Numbered from the stretch's first letter, positions 8,074 through 17,115 are shown. The stretch: 40,702 nt of DNA from a virus (IMGVR_UViG_3300017644_000058:1-40702); one strand, 5' to 3'. Translations and numbers: made by a program. The notes: a model not told the origin generated them from the sequence alone.

Positions 8074-8870
8074 CGAATCTCACTTTCGCCAAGGGTGTTC
8101 GCGACGCCGACGATCTTGATCCGGTTTCACAAGCGATCCTTGAGGTCGGATCAGGCACATCGATCTTCGATCCGGTGATTTGCGAGATCGCTTATCGCTG
8201 GTTCTGTCCACCGAATGGCACGGTGCTCGATCCGTTCGCCGGCGGCTCGGTCCGCGGCGTTATCGCCTCCCGGCTCGGGCGCCGCTATGTCGGCATTGAG
8301 CTCCGCCCCGAGCAGGTGGCCGCCAATGTCGCGCAGCTTAATCTTGCGGGCGATCCGACGCCCGAATGGCAGCAGGGCGATGCGCGCCAGATAGGGCGGC
8401 TCGCAGCCGACATCGAAGCCGATCTGATCTTCTCGTGTCCGCCTTATTGGAATCTGGAACGCTATTCAGACGATGCGGCCGATCTCTCGAATATGGGCCG
8501 CGAGGATTTCTTCGCAGCCTATGGCGCAATCATCCGCGATGCGGTCGCGCGGCTTCGCAACGATCGCTTTGCGGTGTGGGTGATCGGCGATGTCCGCGAC
8601 GACGATGGCTGCTACGTGAACCTTCCGGGCCGCACGGCCGAAGCGTTCGAGGCAGCCGGCGCGCGCTTCTACAACGACGCGATCCTTGTGACCGCCGTCG
8701 GCTCTCTCCCGGTGCGCGTTGGGCGACAGTTCGAAGTCTCGCGCAAGCTCGGGCGCACGCATCAGAACGTGATGGTTTTCGTGAAAGGCGATCCGCGAAA
8801 GGCGACCGAGGCCTGCGGCCCGGTCGAGTTCGGCGAGATCGCGCAAGGAGAGGAATTTGACGCAGGGTAG
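8070..8870 (+). CDS. Amino (N4-C/N6-A type) DNA methyltransferase-fold enzyme
   Basis: Motif I VLDPFAGGS, GIEL, then motif IV FSCPPY; ATGA overlap with the ParB gene. Confidence 0.85.
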   Translation: MTNLTFAKGVRDADDLDPVSQAILEVGSGTSIFDPVICEIAYRWFCPPNGTVLDPFAGGSVRGVIASRLGRRYVGIELRPEQVAANVAQLNLAGDPTPEWQQGDARQIGRLAADIEADLIFSCPPYWNLERYSDDAADLSNMGREDFFAAYGAIIRDAVARLRNDRFAVWVIGDVRDDDGCYVNLPGRTAEAFEAAGARFYNDAILVTAVGSLPVRVGRQFEVSRKLGRTHQNVMVFVKGDPRKATEACGPVEFGEIAQGEEFDAG

Positions 8871-9633
8871 CGCATTGGCAGCGCGCGCGGCTCATGCCCG
8901 CGAGGAAGCCGGTTCGATTCCGGCCCCTGCAACCAGTCCTGCCGCCGCCGAGCATGGCGGCGTACTCGTCGTTCGGGACGATCTCTATCCCGGCGGAACG
9001 AAGGCGCGCTTCATCGGTGCATTCTTCCGCGATGCCGACGAAGCGGTCTATGCGAGTCCGGCGGAAGGCGGTGCGCAGACGGCGCTTGCGACCGTTGCCC
9101 GCCAGCTCGGCAAACGGGCGACCATCTTCGTCGCCCAGCGCATCCGGCCGCACCCGCGGACGCTCGAAGCGGCGCGGCTCGGCGCAAAGATCGTGAGCGT
9201 GCAGCCGGGATATCTTTCGGTCGTTCAGGCGCGCGCTCGCGAGTACTGCTCGCGAACCGGCGCAGCGCTCGTCCCGTTCGGCGTCGATGTGGAATTCGCA
9301 GTCGAGGCGATTGCCTGTGCTGCGGCCTCGCTTCGCATCGAGCCGGATGAAGTCTGGTGCGCCGCGGGTTCGGGCGTTCTTGCCCGCGGTCTTGCTCGGG
9401 CTTGGCCGAACGCACGCCGGCATGTGGTGCAGGTGGGGCGTGCCTTGAACGCCGCGGACGTTGCGTGCGCGACGATCCACGACTATCCGCTTCCGTTCGG
9501 CCGAGAGGCGCGCGTCAGACCGCCGTTTCCGTCCGACCCGCACTATGACGCGAAAGCCTGGGAGCGATGCGCGGCCCGGAAGGGTCCGGGCCGCATCGTC
9601 TTCTGGAATGTTGCCGGGCCGGCGCGGCCCTAA
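8857..9633 (+). CDS. Fold-type II PLP-dependent enzyme (ACC deaminase/cysteine synthase-like)
   Basis: VRDDL..GGTKAR (PLP Lys), AAGSG phosphate loop, DPHYDAKAW, VFWNVAG; TTG start behind AAGGAGAGGA. Confidence 0.75.
   Translation: MTQGSALAARAAHAREEAGSIPAPATSPAAAEHGGVLVVRDDLYPGGTKARFIGAFFRDADEAVYASPAEGGAQTALATVARQLGKRATIFVAQRIRPHPRTLEAARLGAKIVSVQPGYLSVVQARAREYCSRTGAALVPFGVDVEFAVEAIACAAASLRIEPDEVWCAAGSGVLARGLARAWPNARRHVVQVGRALNAADVACATIHDYPLPFGREARVRPPFPSDPHYDAKAWERCAARKGPGRIVFWNVAGPARP
8861..8935 (+). tRNA. Initiator tRNA-Met(CAT)-like cloverleaf embedded in coding sequence
   Basis: Acceptor CGCAGGG/CCCTGCA with C1:A72 mismatch; D stem GCGC/GCGC; anticodon stem CGCGG/CCGCG with loop CT-CAT-GC; T arm GCCGG-TTCGATT-CCGGC; discriminator A and encoded CCA. 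Confidence 0.85.
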
Positions 9634-10344
9634 TCAGGCGGCTTGTCGGCGCGCCTCAAGTGCGATGATGCAAAGATCGCGGTAGCGCGCGATGGCTTTC
9701 GGGCTTGAACTGACCGGGTTGATCTCGAAGGCGCGCAACCCCTTGATGTCGCCGGACTTGGCGAGTTCGACTACGCTCGCGAGCTTGTTGCGGAAACGCT
9801 TGTGCGTCTCGGCACTGAAGTCCGGCGGCTCCGGAAGCTTGCCCTCGCGCGCCGCAGCCTCGATCGCGGCGCGCTTGCCCGGCGGGCGCTGCTTGCCGGC
9901 CGGCTGCGGCTCTCGCGATGCATCGGGAGTAAGTTTCGCATCGCGCGGGTCGGCGTGCTTCGGCTGCTGCTTAAGGCGCCACGTGAAGCCTTCCTTCGCC
10001 TTCACGATTTCGATTTTGTCGAGATCGTGGCCGGCGGCCTTGGCGGCACGCTGAGCATTAAACTTCTTGGCATAGGTTTTCATCGAACCCTCCTTGCTCT
10101 CGGTTGGAATGTTGTCGGTGACGAGCGCCGAGCGGCCCTCGGCGTCGATGGCGTAAATCAGGGCGCGGCGCCCATAGGGGTGTTCGGCTTCAAGGCTCGG
10201 CGCGGCATCGTTCCGCGCTTCGCTCAAGGTTCTCGCGGAAGCGTGTGCGTATTTGCCTCGGCCGATGAAGAGCGCGATGTCGAACCGGATCGCATTGGCG
10301 ATAGTCGCGGCATCGCGCTCGGTTGGCGGATGAACTTTCGGCAT
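9634..10344 (-). CDS. Hypothetical protein on the opposite strand, with a second in-frame start at 10083
   Basis: GGAGGG SD before ATG 10344; AAGGAGGG SD before in-frame ATG 10083. Confidence 0.7.
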   Translation of the reverse strand: MPKVHPPTERDAATIANAIRFDIALFIGRGKYAHASARTLSEARNDAAPSLEAEHPYGRRALIYAIDAEGRSALVTDNIPTESKEGSMKTYAKKFNAQRAAKAAGHDLDKIEIVKAKEGFTWRLKQQPKHADPRDAKLTPDASREPQPAGKQRPPGKRAAIEAAAREGKLPEPPDFSAETHKRFRNKLASVVELAKSGDIKGLRAFEINPVSSSPKAIARYRDLCIIALEARRQAA

Positions 10345-10445
10345 TGATTGCCCTCCGTTTCGCGCGAGCACTCAGGCTCGACCGGCAAACGAGAGCAACT
10401 GCTAAGTTACTGGTTTTCTGAGCATATCGGGAGCACTGGAGCAGC

Positions 10446-11018
10446 ATGGGTCTGTCCCGCAGGGCTTATGCGCGCCACCGCGGCGTAGCCGAGAACGCCG
10501 TCCGGAAAGCGATCACCTCGGGCCGGATCACGCTCGAACCGGACGGCACCATCGATCCCGAAAAGGCGGACCGCGATTGGGCCTCCCGCACCGATCCTTC
10601 GCAGCAACGCGGCGTGCACGCGCAGCGGACCGACAATGCCGCTGCCGATTCCGGCAAAGCGGTCCCGCGCGCCGCGATCGATGTCGTTCAGAAGGCGCTG
10701 CGCGATTCCGGCACGAAGCCGGAAGGCGATGTGACCTTCCTTCGCGCACGCACCGCGAACGAAGTCATCAAGGCGCAGGAACGCAGCGTGCGCCTCGCAA
10801 AGATCAAGGGCGAGCTGGTCGATCGGGCGCGCGCGGTCGCGACCGTGTTCGGCCTCGCGCGCCGTGAGCGCGACGCTTGGGTGCAGTGGCCGGCGCGTGT
10901 CGCAGCGCTGATGGCCAACGAGCTGCGCGTCGATCCGCACGCCATGGAAACGGTGCTTGATAAGCATGTTCGCAGGCACCTCGCCGAACTCTCCGAAATC
11001 CGGGTCGAACTCCGGTGA
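10446..11018 (+). CDS. Terminase small subunit (Nu1-like)
   Basis: N-terminal HTH MGLSRRAYARHRGVAENAVRKAI, helical region with KGELVDRARA; directly upstream of the large subunit. Confidence 0.8.
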   Translation: MGLSRRAYARHRGVAENAVRKAITSGRITLEPDGTIDPEKADRDWASRTDPSQQRGVHAQRTDNAAADSGKAVPRAAIDVVQKALRDSGTKPEGDVTFLRARTANEVIKAQERSVRLAKIKGELVDRARAVATVFGLARRERDAWVQWPARVAALMANELRVDPHAMETVLDKHVRRHLAELSEIRVELR

Positions 11019-12963
11019 AGCGTTTGAGGGCGAAGCCGACATCATTCGAGCCTGGGCGCGCGGGCTTGCGCCCGATCCGTCGCTGACGGTCTCGGAATGG
11101 GCGGACCGGTATCGGATTCTTTCGTCCCGCGCTTCCTCGGAAGCGGGCCGCTACAGGACCGATCGCACGCCCTACATGCGCGCCATCATGGATGCGCTGT
11201 CGCCGTCGCATCCGGCACGGCGGATCGTGTTCATGTCCGGCGCACAGCTCGGCAAGACCGAAGCCGGCAACAATTGGATCGGCTACTGCATCCATCAGGC
11301 GCCCGGACCGTTTCTTGCGGTCCAACCGACAACGGAATTGGCAAAGCGGCTTTCGCAGCAGCGGATCGAGCCGCTCATCGAGGAAAGCCCCGAACTGCGC
11401 GAGATCGTGATGCCGGCGCGTGCGCGCGATTCCGGCAACACGGTCCTCGCCAAGCGATTTGCCGGCGGGCAACTGGTGCTTACGGGCGCGAACAGCGCGG
11501 TCGGCCTTCGCTCGATGCCGGCGCGCTGGCTCTTCCTCGACGAAGTGGACGCCTATCCGGGCGATGTCGAAGGCGAAGGCGATCCCGTCGCCCTGGCCGA
11601 AGCGCGGACGCGGACGTTCGGACACCGCCGGAAGGTCTTCATGGTCTCGACGCCGACGATCAAGGGATTGTCGCGGATCGAGCGCGAGTTCGAAGCGACG
11701 GACCAGAGACGCTATTTCGTTCCGTGCCCGTATTGCAGCCACATGCAATGGCTTCGCTTCGAGCGCCTGCGCTGGGAAAAAGGCCAACCTGAAACGGCCG
11801 AATACATTTGCGAGAACTGCGAGCGAGGCATTGCCGAACATCACAAGACCGCGATGCTCGCTTCAGGCGAGTGGCGCGCGACCGCGGAATGCGCCGACCC
11901 GCATGTGATCGGCTTTCATATTTCCGGCCTGTATTCGCCCGTGGGCTGGCTCTCCTGGGAGCAGATCGCCCGTGAATGGGAAGCCGCGCAGGGCAACGAC
12001 GCCGCGCTGAAAGCCGCCAAAAACACGCTCCTTGGCGAGTCATGGCAGGAGCGCGGCGAAGCGCCAGACTGGAAACGGCTTTATGAGCGCGAGAAGGATC
12101 ACGCGCTGCGGACTGTGCCGTTCGGTGCCCTCGTGCTCACGGCCGGCGCCGACATCCAGCATGATCGAATCGAGATCGATGTGTGGGCGTGGGGCCGCGG
12201 CCTCGAAAGCTGGCTCGTCGATCACATCGTTATCGACGGCGATACGTCGCGCGCGACGGTCTGGGATGACCTGACACGACTGCTGGCTTCCGAATGGAAG
12301 CACGAAGGCGGCGCACCGATGCGGATCGCGCGGCTCGCGATCGATTCCGGCGACGGCCGTTCGACATCGCAGGTCTATGCCTGGGTGCGGAAATTCGGCG
12401 CGGGCGTCGCCGCCGCTATCAAGGGCGTTGACGGCTTCGATCGATCCTCGCCGATAGACGGCCCGACTTTCGTCGATGCGACGGAGGACGGACGCAAAAT
12501 TCGGCGCGGTGTCCGGCTATGGAAGGTTTCTGTCGCGGTATTCAAATCCGAAACCTACCGCTTTCTGCGGCTTGAGCGGCCGACGGCCGAGGAGCTCGCG
12601 GAAGGCATCGCCTTCCCCGACGGCTTCATTCATTTGCCCGCGGGGATCTCGGCCGAATGGGTGAAGCAGCTCACCGCCGAGCAACTGGTCACGGTTCGTG
12701 ACCGGCGCGGCTTCACGAAACTTGAATGGCGGCAGATGCGGGAGCGCAACGAGGCCCTCGATTGCCGGGTCTATGCGCGCGCCGCCGCCTGGATGCTCGG
12801 CGTCGATCGCTGGACCGATGCGAAGTGGAAGTCGCTTGAGCAGCAAGTGGCGGCCGATCGCGCGCCCGAACAAATGGCCGGCGAGGTGCGGCTTCGAGCA
12901 GCGCCAACCGAGAAGCGCAAATCGAACTGGCTCGGTGGCCGCGCAGGCGGATGGTTCCGATGA
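10966..12963 (+). CDS. Terminase large subunit, lambda GpA family
   Basis: TVSEWAD, SGAQLGKTE (Walker A), FLDEVD (Walker B), STPT, CPYC/CENC Zn motifs, RNEALDC. Start uncertain (10957/10966). Confidence 0.95.
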   Translation: MFAGTSPNSPKSGSNSGEAFEGEADIIRAWARGLAPDPSLTVSEWADRYRILSSRASSEAGRYRTDRTPYMRAIMDALSPSHPARRIVFMSGAQLGKTEAGNNWIGYCIHQAPGPFLAVQPTTELAKRLSQQRIEPLIEESPELREIVMPARARDSGNTVLAKRFAGGQLVLTGANSAVGLRSMPARWLFLDEVDAYPGDVEGEGDPVALAEARTRTFGHRRKVFMVSTPTIKGLSRIEREFEATDQRRYFVPCPYCSHMQWLRFERLRWEKGQPETAEYICENCERGIAEHHKTAMLASGEWRATAECADPHVIGFHISGLYSPVGWLSWEQIAREWEAAQGNDAALKAAKNTLLGESWQERGEAPDWKRLYEREKDHALRTVPFGALVLTAGADIQHDRIEIDVWAWGRGLESWLVDHIVIDGDTSRATVWDDLTRLLASEWKHEGGAPMRIARLAIDSGDGRSTSQVYAWVRKFGAGVAAAIKGVDGFDRSSPIDGPTFVDATEDGRKIRRGVRLWKVSVAVFKSETYRFLRLERPTAEELAEGIAFPDGFIHLPAGISAEWVKQLTAEQLVTVRDRRGFTKLEWRQMRERNEALDCRVYARAAAWMLGVDRWTDAKWKSLEQQVAADRAPEQMAGEVRLRAAPTEKRKSNWLGGRAGGWFR

Positions 12964-13169
12964 CATGGACGCAAGCCGAACTCGATGCGCTGAAAGCCGC
13001 TTATGCGAGCGGGACCACGCGCGTGACCTATGAGGGGAAGACGGTCGAATACGATTCCGAGGCCGCGCTCCTGCGGCGCATCCAGATCATCGAGGGCGCC
13101 ATCAATGCAGCGGCCGGGACGGCGCGGCCGGTTGCGGGCTTTGCCTCCTTCGGCCGCGGCGACAAATGA
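12960..13169 (+). CDS. gpW-like head completion protein
   Basis: WTQAELDALKAAYASGTTRVTYEGKTVEY between terminase and portal; ATGA overlaps. Confidence 0.85.
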   Translation: MTWTQAELDALKAAYASGTTRVTYEGKTVEYDSEAALLRRIQIIEGAINAAAGTARPVAGFASFGRGDK

Positions 13170-14671
13170 GCGCGCAGATTTTCGCGACACGGCTTGACCG
13201 GGCGATTGCTGCCCTCGCCCCGCGCCTTGCGATCAAGCGGCTCGTTGCGCGCCAGGCGTTCGAGAACATGGCGCGGCGCGCCTATGACGGTGCGGCCGGC
13301 GGGCGACGAACGGACGGCTGGCGCGCGACGGGATCGTCGGCCGACGCCGAGATTGCCTCGGCTGGCGCCATCCTGCGCAACCGTATGCGCGATCTTGTCC
13401 GCAACAATCCGCATGCCGCCAAAGCGGTCAGCGCGTGGGTCAGCAACATCGTCGGCGACGGGATCACTCCGCGCGCGAAGACCGGCAACCCGACCCTCGA
13501 CCGCAGGATCAACGAGCTCTTCGCCGAATGGTCCAAGGTTTGCGACGCGGATGGGCGCTCTGACTTCAACGGCCTGACCACGCTTGTGGTGCGCGAGATG
13601 GTCGAAGCGGGCGATGTGTTCGCGCGGCGGCGCATGCGCCGCGTCGAGGATGGCTTGCCCGTTCCGCTGCAAATCCAGTTGAACGAGGCCGATCATCTGG
13701 ACGAATCGAAGATTGACGGACGGCCGGACGGAAGCCGTACCGTGCGCGGCATCGAATACGATGCGATCGGCAACCGCCGGGCTTATTGGCTCTTCCCGGA
13801 TCATCCGGGCGACATCGCAATTCCGCTCTCGCGCTACGCCACGTCGGTGCGCGTGCCGGCCGACGGCGTGATCCACCTTTTTACCCGCGACCGCGTGCAG
13901 CAGCGCGGCGTGCCTTGGGGCGCGCCGGTCATGCGCGCGCTTCGCGACCTCGACGACTGGACGAATTCCGAACTTGTCCGCAAGAAGACCGAAGCGTGCC
14001 TCGTCGGAATCGTCACCGCGGCCGACGACGCCGAGCAGGGCGTAGCACCTTCGGTCGTCGATTCCGATGGCCGCGTGATCGAGCAGTTCGAACCGGGCCT
14101 GATCGCCTACGCGCGCGGCGGCAAGGACATCAAGTTCAACCAGCCCGCGGCGACGGCCGGCATCAGCGAGTGGCTGCGGGCGCAGCTGCATATCATCGCG
14201 GCCGGGTTTCGGCTGCCTTACGAGCTGCTGACCGGCGATCTAAGCCAAGTCAATTATTCGTCGATCCGCGCCGGCATCGTCGAATTCCGCCGGCTTGTGT
14301 CGGCGGTCCAATGGCAGATCGTGATTCCGATCTTCTGCCAGCCGGTGTGGGACTGGTTCATCGCGGCAGCCTACACCGCTGGGTTGATCCCGGTCGCGAC
14401 CGCAGGAGTCGAATGGGAGCCGCCGAAATTCGAGTATCTCAATCCGCTCGATGACGCGCGCGCCGACCTGATGATGGTGCGCATGGGCGCGACCTCGTTG
14501 CGCCGTGTCGTCGCGCGCCAGGGCGAAAATCTCGACGATATCCTCGCGGAAACGAAGGCGACCAACGATGCGGTCGATACGCTGGGCATCGTGCTCGACA
14601 GCGATCCGCGCAAGGTGACGCAGCAAGGGCTTTATCAGCCCGAGACCGCGGCGCAGCCCGCAAAGGCCTGA
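13166..14671 (+). CDS. Portal protein, lambda family
   Basis: YDGA..GRR, LRNRMRDLVRNN, QQRGVPW, LTGDLSQVNYSSIR motifs. Confidence 0.95.
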   Translation: MSAQIFATRLDRAIAALAPRLAIKRLVARQAFENMARRAYDGAAGGRRTDGWRATGSSADAEIASAGAILRNRMRDLVRNNPHAAKAVSAWVSNIVGDGITPRAKTGNPTLDRRINELFAEWSKVCDADGRSDFNGLTTLVVREMVEAGDVFARRRMRRVEDGLPVPLQIQLNEADHLDESKIDGRPDGSRTVRGIEYDAIGNRRAYWLFPDHPGDIAIPLSRYATSVRVPADGVIHLFTRDRVQQRGVPWGAPVMRALRDLDDWTNSELVRKKTEACLVGIVTAADDAEQGVAPSVVDSDGRVIEQFEPGLIAYARGGKDIKFNQPAATAGISEWLRAQLHIIAAGFRLPYELLTGDLSQVNYSSIRAGIVEFRRLVSAVQWQIVIPIFCQPVWDWFIAAAYTAGLIPVATAGVEWEPPKFEYLNPLDDARADLMMVRMGATSLRRVVARQGENLDDILAETKATNDAVDTLGIVLDSDPRKVTQQGLYQPETAAQPAKA

Positions 14672-14676
14672 ATCAC

Positions 14677-16695
14677 ATGAAAAGCGAACTCAATCTGCCG
14701 CTGCTTACGCGGGCGGCGGAGCTCTTGCCTGCGTCCTTCAATGAAGCGGCGCGAACGGTCGAGGTCATCTGGTCCACCGGCGCGCGCGTGCGGCGCTACG
14801 GTTTTTTCGACACTTACGACGAGGAGCTGTCGCTTGATCCTGGCGCGGTGCGCTTGGAGCGGCTGAATGCCGGCGGCCCCTTCCTTGCCGATCATAAGAC
14901 TTCTGTCGGTTCGGTCCTCGGCTCAATCGTTCCGGGCAGCGTTGCGATCGAGAACGGCCGCGCGGTCGCCGCGATCCGTTTGACTGAGCGCGAGGATGCC
15001 GCCGGCATCGTTAGTGATATCCGCGCGGGCCATATCAAAGCGGTCTCGGTCGGTTATCGCGTCCATAAATACGAGATCACCGAAAGCGACAGCGGGCCTG
15101 ACCTCTATCGGGCGGTCGATTGGGAGCCCCTCGAAATTTCTGCGGTCCCGCTCGGGGCCGATCCCGGCGCCGGCTTCCGCTCCTCGGAAGCGGTCAACCC
15201 TTGCATCGTGATCCGGGCCGATGCGCCGAAGGCCGCCGCGACGGCCGCAACAAAGGAGGCCGACATGGCCGACGAAAACGCGCGCGCCGCCGAGACGACC
15301 GAAGGCGCAGAAGTCCAGAATGCCAATCAGAACACGGGCGCGCCCGATACGCGCCGCGACAGTACTAACGTCGTCGATTCCGCGACTGCCGATCAAGTCC
15401 GCGCGCAGGAGCAGGAGCGTATCACCACGATTACTGCGCTGTTTGACCGCTTTAAGCTGGACCGCTCCTTGGCGGACGATCTGATCAAGCGCAACGTATC
15501 GGTTGCAGAGGCGCGCGCAGTCATTCTCGACAAGCTCGCCGAACGCGATGCTCGCGGCGTCGGCCATTCGCAGGTGTCTATGCCTGCCGGCGGTCTCGAT
15601 GCCACGGTCACGCGGCGCGAGGCGCTCGCCGAGGCGATCCTGCATCGCGCGCAACCGCAAGCCTTCCAAATGACCGACCGCGCCCGCGAATACCGCGGCA
15701 TGCGGCTGATCGACGTGGCGCGGGATTGCCTCGAAACGGCAGGCCAGCGCACGCGCGGCATGACCCCGAACGAGATCGCCTATACGGCAACGCGCAGCTC
15801 GGGCCTGCAATCGACCTCCGACTTCCCGCTGATCCTTGCGGCCGTCGCGGGCAAGCGGCTGCGCCAAGCCTATGCCGGCACGCCGCGCACCTTCACGATG
15901 TGGGCGCGCGGCGTGACCGCGACCGACTTCAAGCCGATGTATCCCACGCAGGTCGGCAATTTCCCGGCGCTCAAGCCGGTCATGGAAGGCGCCGAGTTCA
16001 GCTACGGGTCCATCGCGGAAGGCCGCGAGTCCTATCAGCTCGCGACCTACGGCCGGATCGTCGCGCTCACCCGGCAGGCAATCATCAACGACGACCTGCG
16101 CGCTTTCGACCGGGCGCTTGGCACCGCTGGCCAGCGCGCAGCCGATCTGGAATCGGCGATCGTCTACAACGTGCTGCTGGCCAATGCGAACCTCGCCGAT
16201 GGAACGGCGCTGTTCCATGCCAATCATGGGAACGTCGGCACCGCGGGCGTGATCAGCGAAACGTCTTGGTCGGAAGCCTGGGAGAAGATGACCCAGCAGA
16301 AGGACTTGGGCGACGCGACCGGCGCAGACAAGGAATACATCGACGCCCGCCCGCGCTTCGCGCTTGTCCCGCCCGGCCAGCGGGCCATCGAAGCGCGCAA
16401 GATGATTGCCGCGACCACGCCCGCCAAAAGCGCCGACGTGAACCCGTTCACCGGCGCCCTGCAAGTCATCGAGGAGCCGCGGCTGTTCAAGACCGGTGGA
16501 CCGCAGCCTTGGTATCTCGCGGCTGATCCGAACCTCGTCGACACCGTCGAGTTCGCACACCTTGAGGGCCAGGCCGAGCCGTTCCTCGACCAGCGCGCGG
16601 GCTTCGAGGTCGATGGTGTGGAGATCAAAATCCGGCACGACTTCGCGGCCAAGGCGCTCGACTTCCGCGGGCTCTTCTACAACGCCGGGGTCTAA
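14677..16695 (+). CDS. Prohead protease-scaffold-major capsid fusion protein
   Basis: Protease motifs FLADH, VSVGY, WEPLEISAVPLGADPGA; low-complexity linker; capsid region STSDFP...TYGRIVALTRQAIINDD...DFRGLFYNAG. Confidence 0.9.
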   Translation: MKSELNLPLLTRAAELLPASFNEAARTVEVIWSTGARVRRYGFFDTYDEELSLDPGAVRLERLNAGGPFLADHKTSVGSVLGSIVPGSVAIENGRAVAAIRLTEREDAAGIVSDIRAGHIKAVSVGYRVHKYEITESDSGPDLYRAVDWEPLEISAVPLGADPGAGFRSSEAVNPCIVIRADAPKAAATAATKEADMADENARAAETTEGAEVQNANQNTGAPDTRRDSTNVVDSATADQVRAQEQERITTITALFDRFKLDRSLADDLIKRNVSVAEARAVILDKLAERDARGVGHSQVSMPAGGLDATVTRREALAEAILHRAQPQAFQMTDRAREYRGMRLIDVARDCLETAGQRTRGMTPNEIAYTATRSSGLQSTSDFPLILAAVAGKRLRQAYAGTPRTFTMWARGVTATDFKPMYPTQVGNFPALKPVMEGAEFSYGSIAEGRESYQLATYGRIVALTRQAIINDDLRAFDRALGTAGQRAADLESAIVYNVLLANANLADGTALFHANHGNVGTAGVISETSWSEAWEKMTQQKDLGDATGADKEYIDARPRFALVPPGQRAIEARKMIAATTPAKSADVNPFTGALQVIEEPRLFKTGGPQPWYLAADPNLVDTVEFAHLEGQAEPFLDQRAGFEVDGVEIKIRHDFAAKALDFRGLFYNAGV

Positions 16696-16721
16696 GGCCG
16701 GCGCGATCCGTGTAGCCATTC

Positions 16722-16746
16722 GGGCCGCTTCGGCGGCCCTCTTCTT
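16722..16746 (+). terminator. Probable intrinsic terminator after the capsid gene
   Basis: GGGCCGC-TTCG-GCGGCCC followed by TCTTCTT. Confidence 0.6.
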
Positions 16747-16762
16747 ATGAGGAGACAAGGCA

Positions 16763-17113
16763 ATGAAGAATTTTGTTCAGGCCGGCGACACCATCACCGT
16801 TCCCGCGCCTTACGATCGAAGCTCCGGCCAGGGCGCCAAGGTCGGCCAGATCTTCGGCGTGTGCACCGGCGATGCGCTAAGCGGCGCCGACGTGGCGCTC
16901 AAGACGAGCGGCGTGTTCGATTTGACTAAGACCGGCTCGCAGGCATGGACTGTCGGCGCGCTCGTCTATTGGGACGATACGAACAAGCGATGCACCACGG
17001 TCGCCACCGGCAATCTGCTGATCGGCGCCGCGGTTGCCGCTGTCGATAATGCCGCCGGTTCGACGACGGGCCGCGTTCGGCTCAACGGCGTCGCACGCGC
17101 GAACGAGGCGTAA
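16763..17113 (+). CDS. DUF2190-like capsid decoration/cement protein
   Basis: MKNFVQAGDTITVPAP...GVFDLTK...VYWD...RVRLNG. Confidence 0.85.
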   Translation: MKNFVQAGDTITVPAPYDRSSGQGAKVGQIFGVCTGDALSGADVALKTSGVFDLTKTGSQAWTVGALVYWDDTNKRCTTVATGNLLIGAAVAAVDNAAGSTTGRVRLNGVARANEA

Positions 17114-17115
17114 TC

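Noticed and set aside
8861-8935. Internal tRNA-like element as an att-site remnant
   Set aside because: It is full length, mid-prophage and differs from the host tRNA by compensatory changes in all stems, unlike a near-identical 3' att duplication.
8894-9196. ORF starting at the ATG formed in the anticodon loop of the tRNA-like element
   Set aside because: Out of frame with the PLP enzyme, Arg/Ser/Pro-rich shadow translation, no SD.
14923-16758. 611-aa antisense ORF
   Set aside because: Shadow of the capsid gene caused by high-GC codon bias; no motifs.
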